A program made the position numbers and the translations under genes. From the IMG/VR virus record IMGVR_UViG_3300029705_000009: DNA of 64,000 nt; one strand, given 5' to 3'. Under the pieces are notes generated by a model. That model did not search any database, was not told where the DNA came from, and worked only from the letters and a program-made list of their open reading frames with translations. Of the stretch, positions 30,828-39,900 are shown in pieces (position 1 is the stretch's first letter; the number at the start of each line of letters is the position of its first letter). This DNA is from a virus (lineage: Duplodnaviria; Caudoviricetes).

Positions 30828-31938
30828 TGAGTAATTTAACAAATGATTTAGTAGTTGCCAATAAAGGTGATTTGATTGCTATAGCGGATGCTATTAGAGC
30901 AAAAGCTGGTACTTCTGATAGCTTAAGTTTTCCTGATGGGTTTGTTGAAGTTATTAATAGTATTTTAGTGCAAGGTGAAGAAAGTAGTCCTTGGGTTATA
31001 ACATCAGGAGATGGTTCTAAATTCGGCGGTGAAACGAGAGAATTGTCTTTGGATGCATATACAAAACTGACATGTACTCCAATTCTTAGTGATACTAATG
31101 AGTACAAATTAACATTTCAAGGTGTAGAATATTTTGCCACAGGTACATCTTATAGCACTTATACGCAAGTTCAATTTACTGGTATACCAATAGATGGAAA
31201 TAGTACAATTACTGCTAATTTTCCTTTCCAAATTTACAGTGATTATATTAGAATACGCCTATCTAAAGGCACTTGTACTGGCACTTGTAAGCTTGAGTCT
31301 TTTAAATCTGCTTAAGCAGGATAATATATAAATAATAAATTAAGGAGGAAAAAATAGATGGCAAATACATCAATTTTAGCCGCTTTTGAAAGAATGTGGC
31401 AACATGTAGTTGCTGCACTTGGAAATAAAGCAGATACTGGACATGGGCATAATGTAGTATCTACTTCAGCAGATGGTTTTGCTCCTAAGAGAGATGGTAG
31501 TACTACGAAATTCTTAAGAGCAGATGGTACATGGGCAGTACCTTCTAGTGGCGGTAATACTGCTACTTATGGTGTTGCAACCTCTTCTACTCTTGGTCTG
31601 GTTAAGTCAGGCACTGATATTACAGTAGATTCTAGTGGTAATGTCTCTGTAAAGGATGATTCACATAATCACGTAATTTCTAATATAGACAATTTACAGT
31701 CTAGCTTAGATGCAAAACAAGCAACTATTACTGGTGGTGCTACTACTATTACTGGTTCTAATTTAACAACAAATCGTGCTTTAATCTCTAATGGTTCTGG
31801 TAAAGTGGCTGTGTCTGATGTTACTTCTACTGAATTAGGATATTTAGATGGAGTAACATCGAATATTCAAACACAATTAAATGCAAAAGTACCTACCAGT
31901 AGAACGGTCAATGGAAAAGCATTATCATCTAATATTAC
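30627..31938 (+). repeat. 74-bp near-perfect direct repeat (30627-30700 and 31865-31938) in two fibre genes
   Basis: ATTCAAACACAATTAAATGCAAAAGTACCTAC...TCTAATATTAC, two mismatches by eye. Confidence 0.85.
30827..31315 (+). CDS. Fibre-associated protein
   Basis: LIAIADAIRAKAGT...FPDGF N-terminal motif. Confidence 0.6.
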   Translation: MSNLTNDLVVANKGDLIAIADAIRAKAGTSDSLSFPDGFVEVINSILVQGEESSPWVITSGDGSKFGGETRELSLDAYTKLTCTPILSDTNEYKLTFQGVEYFATGTSYSTYTQVQFTGIPIDGNSTITANFPFQIYSDYIRIRLSKGTCTGTCKLESFKSA

Positions 31939-32254
31939 TATTTCTGCTAGTGATATTAGTGCTTATACAAAATCAGAAATTGATGCTATGACAAATGTGT
32001 TTGAAAAAGGAGACATTGTGGGACAAAACTCTAAGACATTCACATTACCAGATAGATTCGCTGGTATTTTGACAGTAGGCAGAGCAGACAAGGGATTTTT
32101 TGCTGTGTATTTCTTAGATTATTATTACACAATTTCAACGCTCACAATAACGGGTTCACCTGGAAATTATTACAATGTCACTAGAAATAACAATACATTA
32201 ACCATATCGGTTACAGACACAACATCTGTAGCATATATGCTAATGGGTAAGTAG
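31358..32254 (+). CDS. Tail fibre protein
   Basis: FLRADGTW, LGLVK, TELGYLDGVTSNIQTQLN, VPTSRTVNGKALS. Confidence 0.75.
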   Translation: MANTSILAAFERMWQHVVAALGNKADTGHGHNVVSTSADGFAPKRDGSTTKFLRADGTWAVPSSGGNTATYGVATSSTLGLVKSGTDITVDSSGNVSVKDDSHNHVISNIDNLQSSLDAKQATITGGATTITGSNLTTNRALISNGSGKVAVSDVTSTELGYLDGVTSNIQTQLNAKVPTSRTVNGKALSSNITISASDISAYTKSEIDAMTNVFEKGDIVGQNSKTFTLPDRFAGILTVGRADKGFFAVYFLDYYYTISTLTITGSPGNYYNVTRNNNTLTISVTDTTSVAYMLMGK

Positions 32255-32281
32255 GTATAAAAGAAAGCGATATAAATAAAA

Positions 32282-32386
32282 ATGACAAAAATTTATTATA
32301 ATCTCATTATTAAGGATTTAAAAACTATTGACGATGTTCCCGAAAAATGGAAAGCGGAAGTGGAAGTAATACGCCTATCGGATTAG
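32282..32386 (+). CDS. CD1375-like small protein (34 aa), possibly truncated
   Basis: MTKIYYNLIIKDLKTIDDVPEKWKAEV; not in the ORF track. Confidence 0.5.
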   Translation: MTKIYYNLIIKDLKTIDDVPEKWKAEVEVIRLSD

Positions 32387-32547
32387 ATGTTAATGGTTAT
32401 CCAATTTGGAGTAGACCAACTGGAGCGCATGACGCATACAATGTAGGTGACATTGTTATGTACAATGGCGTGAAGTATGAATGTCTGATGGATGGCAATA
32501 CATACAGCCCCGAAGAATATCCTCAGGGTTGGAAAGAACTGAATTAA
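32347..32547 (+). CDS. Carbohydrate-binding (CBM5/12-like) module, possibly a remnant
   Basis: W..PTGAHDAYNVGDIV.YNG..Y.C..DGNTYSP..YPQGW; no clear RBS. Confidence 0.55.
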   Translation: MESGSGSNTPIGLDVNGYPIWSRPTGAHDAYNVGDIVMYNGVKYECLMDGNTYSPEEYPQGWKELN

Positions 32548-32604
32548 TGAACAAGTAAAGGGCATCCTGTGGGATGTCCTTTCTTATTAAAGGAAGTGTT
32601 TAAA

Positions 32605-32922
32605 ATGAACGAAAAAAGGGAAAAGAAATTTGTACCGTTCTCAAAAAAGAACATTATCTATGCCAGATTGGAGGCCTATGTTTTCAGTCTTATTTTGATC
32701 GGCCTAGTTATAATGGATAAAGATGTTTCTGCTATTGCTATTCTTCTATCTTTGGCATGGGCTGGTTACAGGGTTTTACAATGTTATTACATTTGGCTCT
32801 GTAAACATGAACACTTGATGGACAAAAAGATCGAATACAAAAAGATGGGATTAGATACTTCTGATTTGGATTACGAAATGTCAGAAATTGAATCCGAAAA
32901 CTTTGATGTCGAAGTTTATTAA
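32605..32922 (+). CDS. Two-TM membrane protein (lysis-associated?)
   Basis: Two hydrophobic helices, acidic tail, next to the lysis genes. Confidence 0.55.
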   Translation: MNEKREKKFVPFSKKNIIYARLEAYVFSLILIGLVIMDKDVSAIAILLSLAWAGYRVLQCYYIWLCKHEHLMDKKIEYKKMGLDTSDLDYEMSEIESENFDVEVY

Positions 32923-32944
32923 ATTAATTAGGAGCAAAAGGACA

Positions 32945-33124
32945 ATGAAAGATAGCAAATTATACTGCTGCTACTCTGTTCCGCTTCGAGATTTTTTGAT
33001 GAGCAATGGACTGCGGTACGAGATTTGTGCCAAGAATCCTAATTCAGATATTTTGATGTGGGTATTTATCAGAACGGAGCAATTAAATACATTATTAGAA
33101 AAATGGAGCCGGTCTACAAAATAG
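32945..33124 (+). CDS. Small 59-aa protein (DUF5659-like); paralog of 20350-20523
   Basis: KLYCCYSVPLRDFL...NPNS...WVFIRTEQL...W. Confidence 0.75.
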   Translation: MKDSKLYCCYSVPLRDFLMSNGLRYEICAKNPNSDILMWVFIRTEQLNTLLEKWSRSTK

Positions 33125-33171
33125 ATTGGCTCTTTTATTATGCAATTTTTTAATGAAAGGTTACTAAAGAT

Positions 33172-34242
33172 ATGGGTTTATTAAGTACTGAAGTTGAAAT
33201 AGGGATAACCGGTAAAACTGCTAGATATTATGAACAATTGGGATATGACATTCCTAAATATTTCGATAGACATGGAGACTTGCGTGTAAAAAATGGCACA
33301 AAAATTACAGTAAAAGTAAACGATTTATCATATGGTAGTAGTGCGAAAGTTGATGTTGAATGTGATTGCTGCAAAAATAAGTATCCAATGACTTATAGTA
33401 ATTACAATAAAATTAATCATCATGATGGAAAAATTTATTGTAAAAAATGTGCCATTTTACTATTTAACACCGGCGAAAATAGTTCTTGTTATAAAAAGGA
33501 CAAAACAGCTGAAGAAAGAGAAGGAAAAAGACTCTACCCAGAATACACTCAATTTGTTAAAAAAGTTTTAGCAAGAGATAATTATACATGCCAATGTTGT
33601 GGCAGAGATAATGCGTATATGGAAGTTCATCATTTAGATGGTTATGATTGGTGTAAAGATAAGCGTGTAGACGATACGAACGGAATTACTTTATGTGAAA
33701 ATTGTCATTCTAATTTTCATGCCATTTACGGTAGTGGCAATAACACAAAAGAACAATTTGAAGAATGGATTGGATCACCGTTGCTTGAAATAGACAAATT
33801 TAATGGAGAAATTTCTTCTGCTCGAAAAATTTATTGCTATGAAGAAAATAAAATTTATAATAGTGCCACAGAATTTATTAGAACATATAAGCTTAAAGCG
33901 GTTTCTACTGTCTATTTTGTTTGCAACCAACTTCATCATTGTAAAACTATAAAAGGAATGCACTTGTTTTGGTATGATGAATATATAAATATGACAACAG
34001 ATCAAATAGAATCACGAGTTTCAAACAAACCTATTAGGCGTAATAAAAAATTAGTCATATGTTTAGAAACAAATATGATATATGAATCCATCAATGTTGC
34101 TAGTAAAGAAATGAAAATACATGATCATAGTATATCAAATTGTTGTAACCATAGGCAAAACTATGTGATAAACCAAGATGGTAAAAAAATAAAAGTAATG
34201 TTTTACGATGAATATTTAAATCAACTCGAAGAATCAGCTTAA
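33172..34242 (+). CDS. HNH homing endonuclease with C-terminal NUMOD-type DNA-binding domains
   Basis: VLARDNYTCQCCG...EVHHLDG...NGITLCENCHSNFH; VICLETN.IYESI..ASK...ISNCC. Confidence 0.85.
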   Translation: MGLLSTEVEIGITGKTARYYEQLGYDIPKYFDRHGDLRVKNGTKITVKVNDLSYGSSAKVDVECDCCKNKYPMTYSNYNKINHHDGKIYCKKCAILLFNTGENSSCYKKDKTAEEREGKRLYPEYTQFVKKVLARDNYTCQCCGRDNAYMEVHHLDGYDWCKDKRVDDTNGITLCENCHSNFHAIYGSGNNTKEQFEEWIGSPLLEIDKFNGEISSARKIYCYEENKIYNSATEFIRTYKLKAVSTVYFVCNQLHHCKTIKGMHLFWYDEYINMTTDQIESRVSNKPIRRNKKLVICLETNMIYESINVASKEMKIHDHSISNCCNHRQNYVINQDGKKIKVMFYDEYLNQLEESA

Positions 34243-34280
34243 GCGTGATTCTTTTTTATTTCAAAAAGGAGAATTAAAAA

Positions 34281-34610
34281 ATGAAAGAAAATTTGTTTAA
34301 TTTAATTATGGCACTGATTCCGGTTCTTGGAGCAATTGTTACTTACTTTGTAATTCCTTATATCAAGACGCTGATTAGCAACGAACAGTTAGCACAGTAT
34401 AAAGAATGGGCAGATATGGCAGTAAAATGTGCCGAAATGTTATGGAAAGAAAGTGGTATGGGTGCTGATAAGAAAGCTTATGCCGTACAGTTCTTAAGTG
34501 ACATGTTCAATAAAAACAAAGTAGTAATTACCGAAGAACAGTTGAATATTTTAATTGAAGCAGCCGTTCTTGAAATGAATAGAAATAAAGTTAGCACAGA
34601 GTCAGTTTAA
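34281..34610 (+). CDS. Phage holin (LL-H-like)
   Basis: N-terminal TM; AVKCAE...G.DKKAYA...LIEAAV.EMN. Confidence 0.8.
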   Translation: MKENLFNLIMALIPVLGAIVTYFVIPYIKTLISNEQLAQYKEWADMAVKCAEMLWKESGMGADKKAYAVQFLSDMFNKNKVVITEEQLNILIEAAVLEMNRNKVSTESV

Positions 34611-34639
34611 TACTGGCTCTTTTTATTACATAAAAAGGA

Positions 34640-36100
34640 GTGATACCAATGACAAAGATATTAGGAAAATCTGTTGCGACTGCAAAACAAATGTCTGAAT
34701 ACCTGTTGTCTGTAAACAAGTCTCCAAAGTTTTCTAGGAATATTTCTGCACTAGAGTTTTGTCAGTTATTTCTTGACGTATGTGCCAAAGAAGGTGTCCG
34801 TGGAGATCTGGCATTTGCTCAATGCTTAAAAGAAACTGGAAATCTAAAATATGGTGGTGATGTTTCCTATACACAGAATAATTTTTGTGGATTAGGTGCT
34901 ACTGGTGGAGTTCCTGGTTGTGTCTTTTCTTCTATTGAGGAAGGGATACTGGCGCAAGCACAACATTTAAAGACATATGCAACTAAAGATGCTCTGAACG
35001 AACCTTGTGTAGATCCCAGACGTACCAATTGGTTTGTTAATACAAAAGGTGGAACTGCACAGAATTGGGAGGATCTTGGTGGAACCTGGGCTGTTCCTGG
35101 TTATAGCACATCAAAATACGCTTCTTTAGAAGCAGCAAACAAAGCAAAAGATAGTTACGGTTATCAGATTGTTTCTATCTTAGATAAGATTTTAAAAATT
35201 AAAGTAAAGGAGGAAACAAGTATGTCAAATCCTATTATTGCATTATCTGCTGGACATGGCATGAATACTGCTGGAAAAAGATGCATGAAAGCTATTGACC
35301 CTAATGAGACCAGAGAATGGTATCTTAATGATAGAATTGTTGACAAGATTGAGCAGAAACTTAAAGCGTATAATTGTACCGTAATTAGGGTTAATGATAC
35401 AACTGGTAAAGTAGACACACCATTGGCAACCAGAACAACTACAGCAAATAATAAAAATGCAGACATTTATATTTCTATGCATCACAATGCCGGTATTAAA
35501 GGTGGAACCGGTGGCGGTACTGTAGTTTATTATTATCCTACTGGTACAAACAAGCAAATTGCTACAAATTTATATAACCATATTATTGACCGTACCGGTT
35601 TAAAGGGTAATCGTGGCACTCCTGTTGCCAGTACATTAACATTACACGAAGTTCGTAAGCCTAAGGCAAAATCCTTTTTAATTGAAAATGGATTTATGGA
35701 TTCCAGAACAGACGTACCAATTATTTTAACAGAAGCCCATGCAGAGAAAACTGCCATTGGTGTGGTTAACTTCTTGGTTAGTTACTTTGATTTAACTAAA
35801 AATGGTACAGTTGTAAATACTTCTACAACCACTAAAGATTATTCTTTAGTTTTCAATGCTACATATTACGCAAATAAATACGCTGACTTAAAGGCTGCAT
35901 TTGGCACCAATGCTACTAACCTTTTAAATCACTTTAAAACTTATGGTATGAAGGAAGGCAGACAGGCAATTGAGTCCTTTAATGTTCAAGTTTACAAAGC
36001 AAATAACGCAGACCTTCAGAAAGCATTTGGAGAAGACTTAGTTAAGTATTACGAGCACTATATGACCTATGGTCACAAAGAAAATAGAAAGACTGTATAG
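34640..36100 (+). CDS. Endolysin: glucosaminidase (GH73-like) + Amidase_3 + C-terminal repeats
   Basis: AFAQCLKETG...QNNFCGLGA; SAGHG...E...SMHHNA...LIENGFMD; FNATYYANKYADL repeats. Confidence 0.88.
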   Translation: MIPMTKILGKSVATAKQMSEYLLSVNKSPKFSRNISALEFCQLFLDVCAKEGVRGDLAFAQCLKETGNLKYGGDVSYTQNNFCGLGATGGVPGCVFSSIEEGILAQAQHLKTYATKDALNEPCVDPRRTNWFVNTKGGTAQNWEDLGGTWAVPGYSTSKYASLEAANKAKDSYGYQIVSILDKILKIKVKEETSMSNPIIALSAGHGMNTAGKRCMKAIDPNETREWYLNDRIVDKIEQKLKAYNCTVIRVNDTTGKVDTPLATRTTTANNKNADIYISMHHNAGIKGGTGGGTVVYYYPTGTNKQIATNLYNHIIDRTGLKGNRGTPVASTLTLHEVRKPKAKSFLIENGFMDSRTDVPIILTEAHAEKTAIGVVNFLVSYFDLTKNGTVVNTSTTTKDYSLVFNATYYANKYADLKAAFGTNATNLLNHFKTYGMKEGRQAIESFNVQVYKANNADLQKAFGEDLVKYYEHYMTYGHKENRKTV

Positions 36101-36108
36101 GTGGTGCT

Positions 36109-36789
36109 ATGGGAGAATTACTAGCACTTGCAGAGATTGATTGGTTCCAAGTCGCAATCGGTGTAGTTGCGGCTTTATTATTTTTTAAATTTGTGGTCTC
36201 TACATACGAATGGTTTGCAAACAAATATGGTTTTGAAACTAAGAAAATGCGTGAGAAACGTGAGGATCATGAGTTGTTAATCACAACATCACAAAACCTC
36301 GCAGCATTGCAAAAGAAGCATGACAACGATGAAAACCATCTGGAGACTTGTCTTGCATCTTTTATAGCAGAAACCAAAAAGGAAAACGATGCTTTACGAG
36401 CAGAAATGAAAATGTTTGCTCAAAATCGAGCAAATGATAGACAAGTTTCTATCGACAGAGAAAAACGATTGAATGGTCGTATTGATGATATGGCTGTGTG
36501 TGATAAGTCTAGAGACGAACATATTGAGCATATTAACGAGAGTCTTAAGAAACTTACAGACCTTGTAGTGGAAAAACAGATTACCGACTACCGTTGGGAG
36601 ATAATTAATTTTGCTTCGGCAGTATGTGATAAAAGACCTTGTACAAAGGAAGCCTTTAAACATTGCTTTTCAACCTATGAGCATTATGAAAAGGTTCTTG
36701 ACGAGTACGGCTTAGAGAATGGCGAAGTTGAGATTTCAATGGAGATTATCAATGAAGCTTATAAAGAAAAAATGACTAATGGGTTTTAA
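36109..36789 (+). CDS. Membrane-anchored coiled-coil protein (lysis-associated)
   Basis: N-terminal TM; C-terminal RWEIINFA...YEHYEK...NGEV. Confidence 0.6.
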   Translation: MGELLALAEIDWFQVAIGVVAALLFFKFVVSTYEWFANKYGFETKKMREKREDHELLITTSQNLAALQKKHDNDENHLETCLASFIAETKKENDALRAEMKMFAQNRANDRQVSIDREKRLNGRIDDMAVCDKSRDEHIEHINESLKKLTDLVVEKQITDYRWEIINFASAVCDKRPCTKEAFKHCFSTYEHYEKVLDEYGLENGEVEISMEIINEAYKEKMTNGF

Positions 36790-36810
36790 TATTATCCCAC
36801 AATACTAATG

Positions 36811-36856
36811 AGAGCGATCTAAAATGTTTTACAATGTTTTAGGTCGCTCTTTTTTT
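36811..36856 (+). terminator. Strong intrinsic terminator ending the lysis region, ~50 nt before splice site B
   Basis: AGAGCGATCTAAAA...TTTTAGGTCGCTCT followed by a T-tract. Confidence 0.7.
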
Positions 36857-36867
36857 ACTTTTCCCGG

Positions 36868-36917
36868 ATGCCTGGCATACCCTAACATGCCATGTGTCTA
36901 TTAAGTTTGATATTTAA
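36868..36917 (+). other. Putative second (distal) 3' splice-site element for the group I intron; terminal G36909
   Basis: TTAAGTTT36901-36908 pairs 8/8 with intron GGACTTAA81-88; CTGGCAT and CCCTAAC pair with intron 156-162 and 143-149; 14-mer identical to site A. Confidence 0.65.
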
Positions 36918-39900
36918 TTTTAAACAAATGAGTGCCTATGGCCAAGCGTTAAAATCCACAAGTACGGATGTTGGAGAATTAAGCAGACTAATTGGTGGAC
37001 TTACTCTTGAACAGGCTCAGAATGCTTTGTCTACAAAGGGACTTTCAAAGGATAAGATGGCTGAAATATTGGCAAACAAAGGATTGGTTGCTTCTGAAGC
37101 TGAAGCAGTTGCATCAAAGATTGCGTCCACTACTGCTAATGGAACTGCTACGTTTTCACTGAAAGCTTACACTATTGCCATTTGGGACAATATAAAAGCA
37201 ATGGTTTCATGGATGTTTAGTAATCCTGTTGGATGGATTCTGGCAATAGGTGGCGCAATAGGAATTGTGATTGGCGTCTTCAATCATTTTAATGATACCA
37301 TTGATGAACAAAAAGAAAAGATAGCCGAACTAAGTGACGAATATCAAAAAGCTGTTGATGAATTGACGACTCTTGGTGACGAAATAGAAACAAATGATAA
37401 AAGAATAAAAGAACTTGTTAAAAAACAAGAAGATGGAACCATTACTCTTATTGAAGAAGACGAACTTAAGAAGCTTGCTTTGGCTAATAAACTATTAAAA
37501 GAGGAAGAATATGAAGCAGAAAAAGCAAAACAAGAAGCTGCACTAAAGTTAAATACACAAAACAGAGAAACGTTTAATCAAGAATATGGAACAGATTTTG
37601 ACACAGCGCTACAGGCAAAATCAACTGAACCATTTTTGTATGGCGCTACTGAATATGAAGCAGATTCATTGACAAATAAAGACTTATTAACAACTATAGA
37701 ATCTATGAATGCTTATATAAATGATGCCATTAATTTTGGTGATGAAGAACTTGCAAATTCTTTAAAAGAAAATCAAGACGAACTAGTAGAAGCATTAAAG
37801 ACACGCTCTTCTTCTATTCTTTCTGGATTCCATGATTATCAAAAAGAACTATCGGTTGTTATGAATGATGATGGAACTTTTGATGATCCAAACGATCAGG
37901 CAATGTGGGATTGGATTGAAAGCTGGAAGAAAAAGATATATGAACTAACCGGTGACTCTGGTGCATGGAATACAATTCAGATAGAGACAATGGTAGATTC
38001 GGAAACTATTAAGACAACTCAAGACGAACTTGTAAAACGATTAAATGAAGGAACTTTAACAGAAGAAGATTTGTCCAATTATGATGGTTTAAACGACGCG
38101 TTACAAAATGCAAATTTAATTCTTCAAGAGGGAGAATCTCCAGCATCTGTGTATTTACAATACTTAAGAAGTATATCTACTTCTCAGGGAGAAGTAAATA
38201 AGACCAAACCAGATTTTTCATTTAATGATTCCAATAGCGAAGTTATAGACAATTATCAATCACAATTAAATAATCTAAATGAAGCTTTAAATGGATTACA
38301 AAGTGGATCTTTCTCAAACAATGATTTGGTAGATTTGTTACAGACATTTCCAGAGTTGGCAAACAAAACTGGTGACTTGTCTTCTTCGATTCAAGAGCTT
38401 ATTGATGATAAATTTGTAAGATTGAGAAGTATACTTGCAGAAGAAGGTGCGTCTCCACAGATACTAAAGATGTTTTCAGATATGGCTAAAGAGGTTAAAA
38501 ATTTCTCATTGGATAATATCTTATCTCAGATTACAGACTCTCGTAATCTACTTAAAGAAGCACAAGATGAATTAAAGCAAACTAAAACCATCACGGTTGA
38601 GACACTGCAATCTATTGCTACTGCTTATCCCAAACTGAATAATCTTATTAATGATTATATGCTTGGAAAGAAAAATGAAAAAGATATAATAGAAGCTTTA
38701 CAGAAAGAATATAAAATAGACCTGGATAATTATAAGACTTATATTCTAACTAAAAAGGCAAATGATACTTCTTTCTATAAAGAAATCGTAAACGGTTTAT
38801 CAGAGGATTTAATCAACAAAGCAAAGCAATATGGTGTGGAGTTAAAGAATTACAAAGATTACAACGAAGCAAAGCTGGCAATTGATAAACAGTACCGGTT
38901 AAAGAAATTTGAATTAGAATCTGAAATGAACGACTTCAAGGATTTGTATGCGAACTTTAAGCCAGGTACATCAGAAACCATATTTGGACTCAAAAATCAG
39001 AAACAAAATTTCACAGATGATTTTGAAGAGGTAAGGAATCCCAAAAACTTTTTAGAAGAATTTGATGCGGCAATTAAACTGGAAATACCAGACTTTGATG
39101 TTGATTTTCAAAGCGAATTTGAAGACAGTGAAGAATCAATAGATTGGGCAGCAAATTCTATTGAAAATCTCACACATAAGATTAATGGATTAAATGATGC
39201 ACTTGAAAATGAGCATGTCTATAAAAAGCAATTAGAATTAACTAATGATTTGATAGATGCTCAAAAAGATTTACTTGGCCTACGTGAACGCGCAAAAGAT
39301 GAATATTCTGATAGATATACAAAATCTTTAAACAAACTGAGTGCGCCAGAATTGGAAAAATATAAACCTCTTATAGAAAGTGATACTGCTCTCTCACTTG
39401 AAATGTTTAAGGGAGAAAATCAAAAGGAACTTTTTGACAAAGTGTCTGCAGCACAAACAGCTTGGAAGGCATATCAACAAGCTTTATTGGATTATCAGAA
39501 TCAAGTTGGAGTTGTTGCCGATACACAGACTAGCAAGTATGAGTTAAAGCAAGGAAAAATTCAGGGCAGGATTGACCGAAAAGAAAACAAGAAGAACGAC
39601 ATTCAGAATCAGATTGATATCCAAGAGGCTGAACATGGTTATGCTGATGAAAGTCTTTATCAAGAAAAGATAGATCAAAATGATAAACTTATTATTGACT
39701 ATAACGACAAATTAGAAAAAGCATATACTCGCCGTCAAAAGATGGAAGATAAATATGGAAAGTCTTCTCAGAAATATTTAGATGCAGATAAAGAAGTCCA
39801 AGACCTGGAAAATAGCGTTGCTGGCTTAACACAGGAACAGATAGAACTTAATCGTGCTCTCTTGCAATATCCAACTCATAAGTTAGAAGAAACAAAGAAA

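Noticed and set aside
1655-36917. The 14-bp direct repeat as a DNA crossover site for excising module A (or an invertase shufflon)
   Set aside because: Not excluded but disfavoured: the repeats are direct, so no inversion; excision would remove holin and endolysin; no flanking inverted arms or dedicated recombinase are seen; conservation matches P9.0/omega-G/P10 needs. DNA junction reads would decide.
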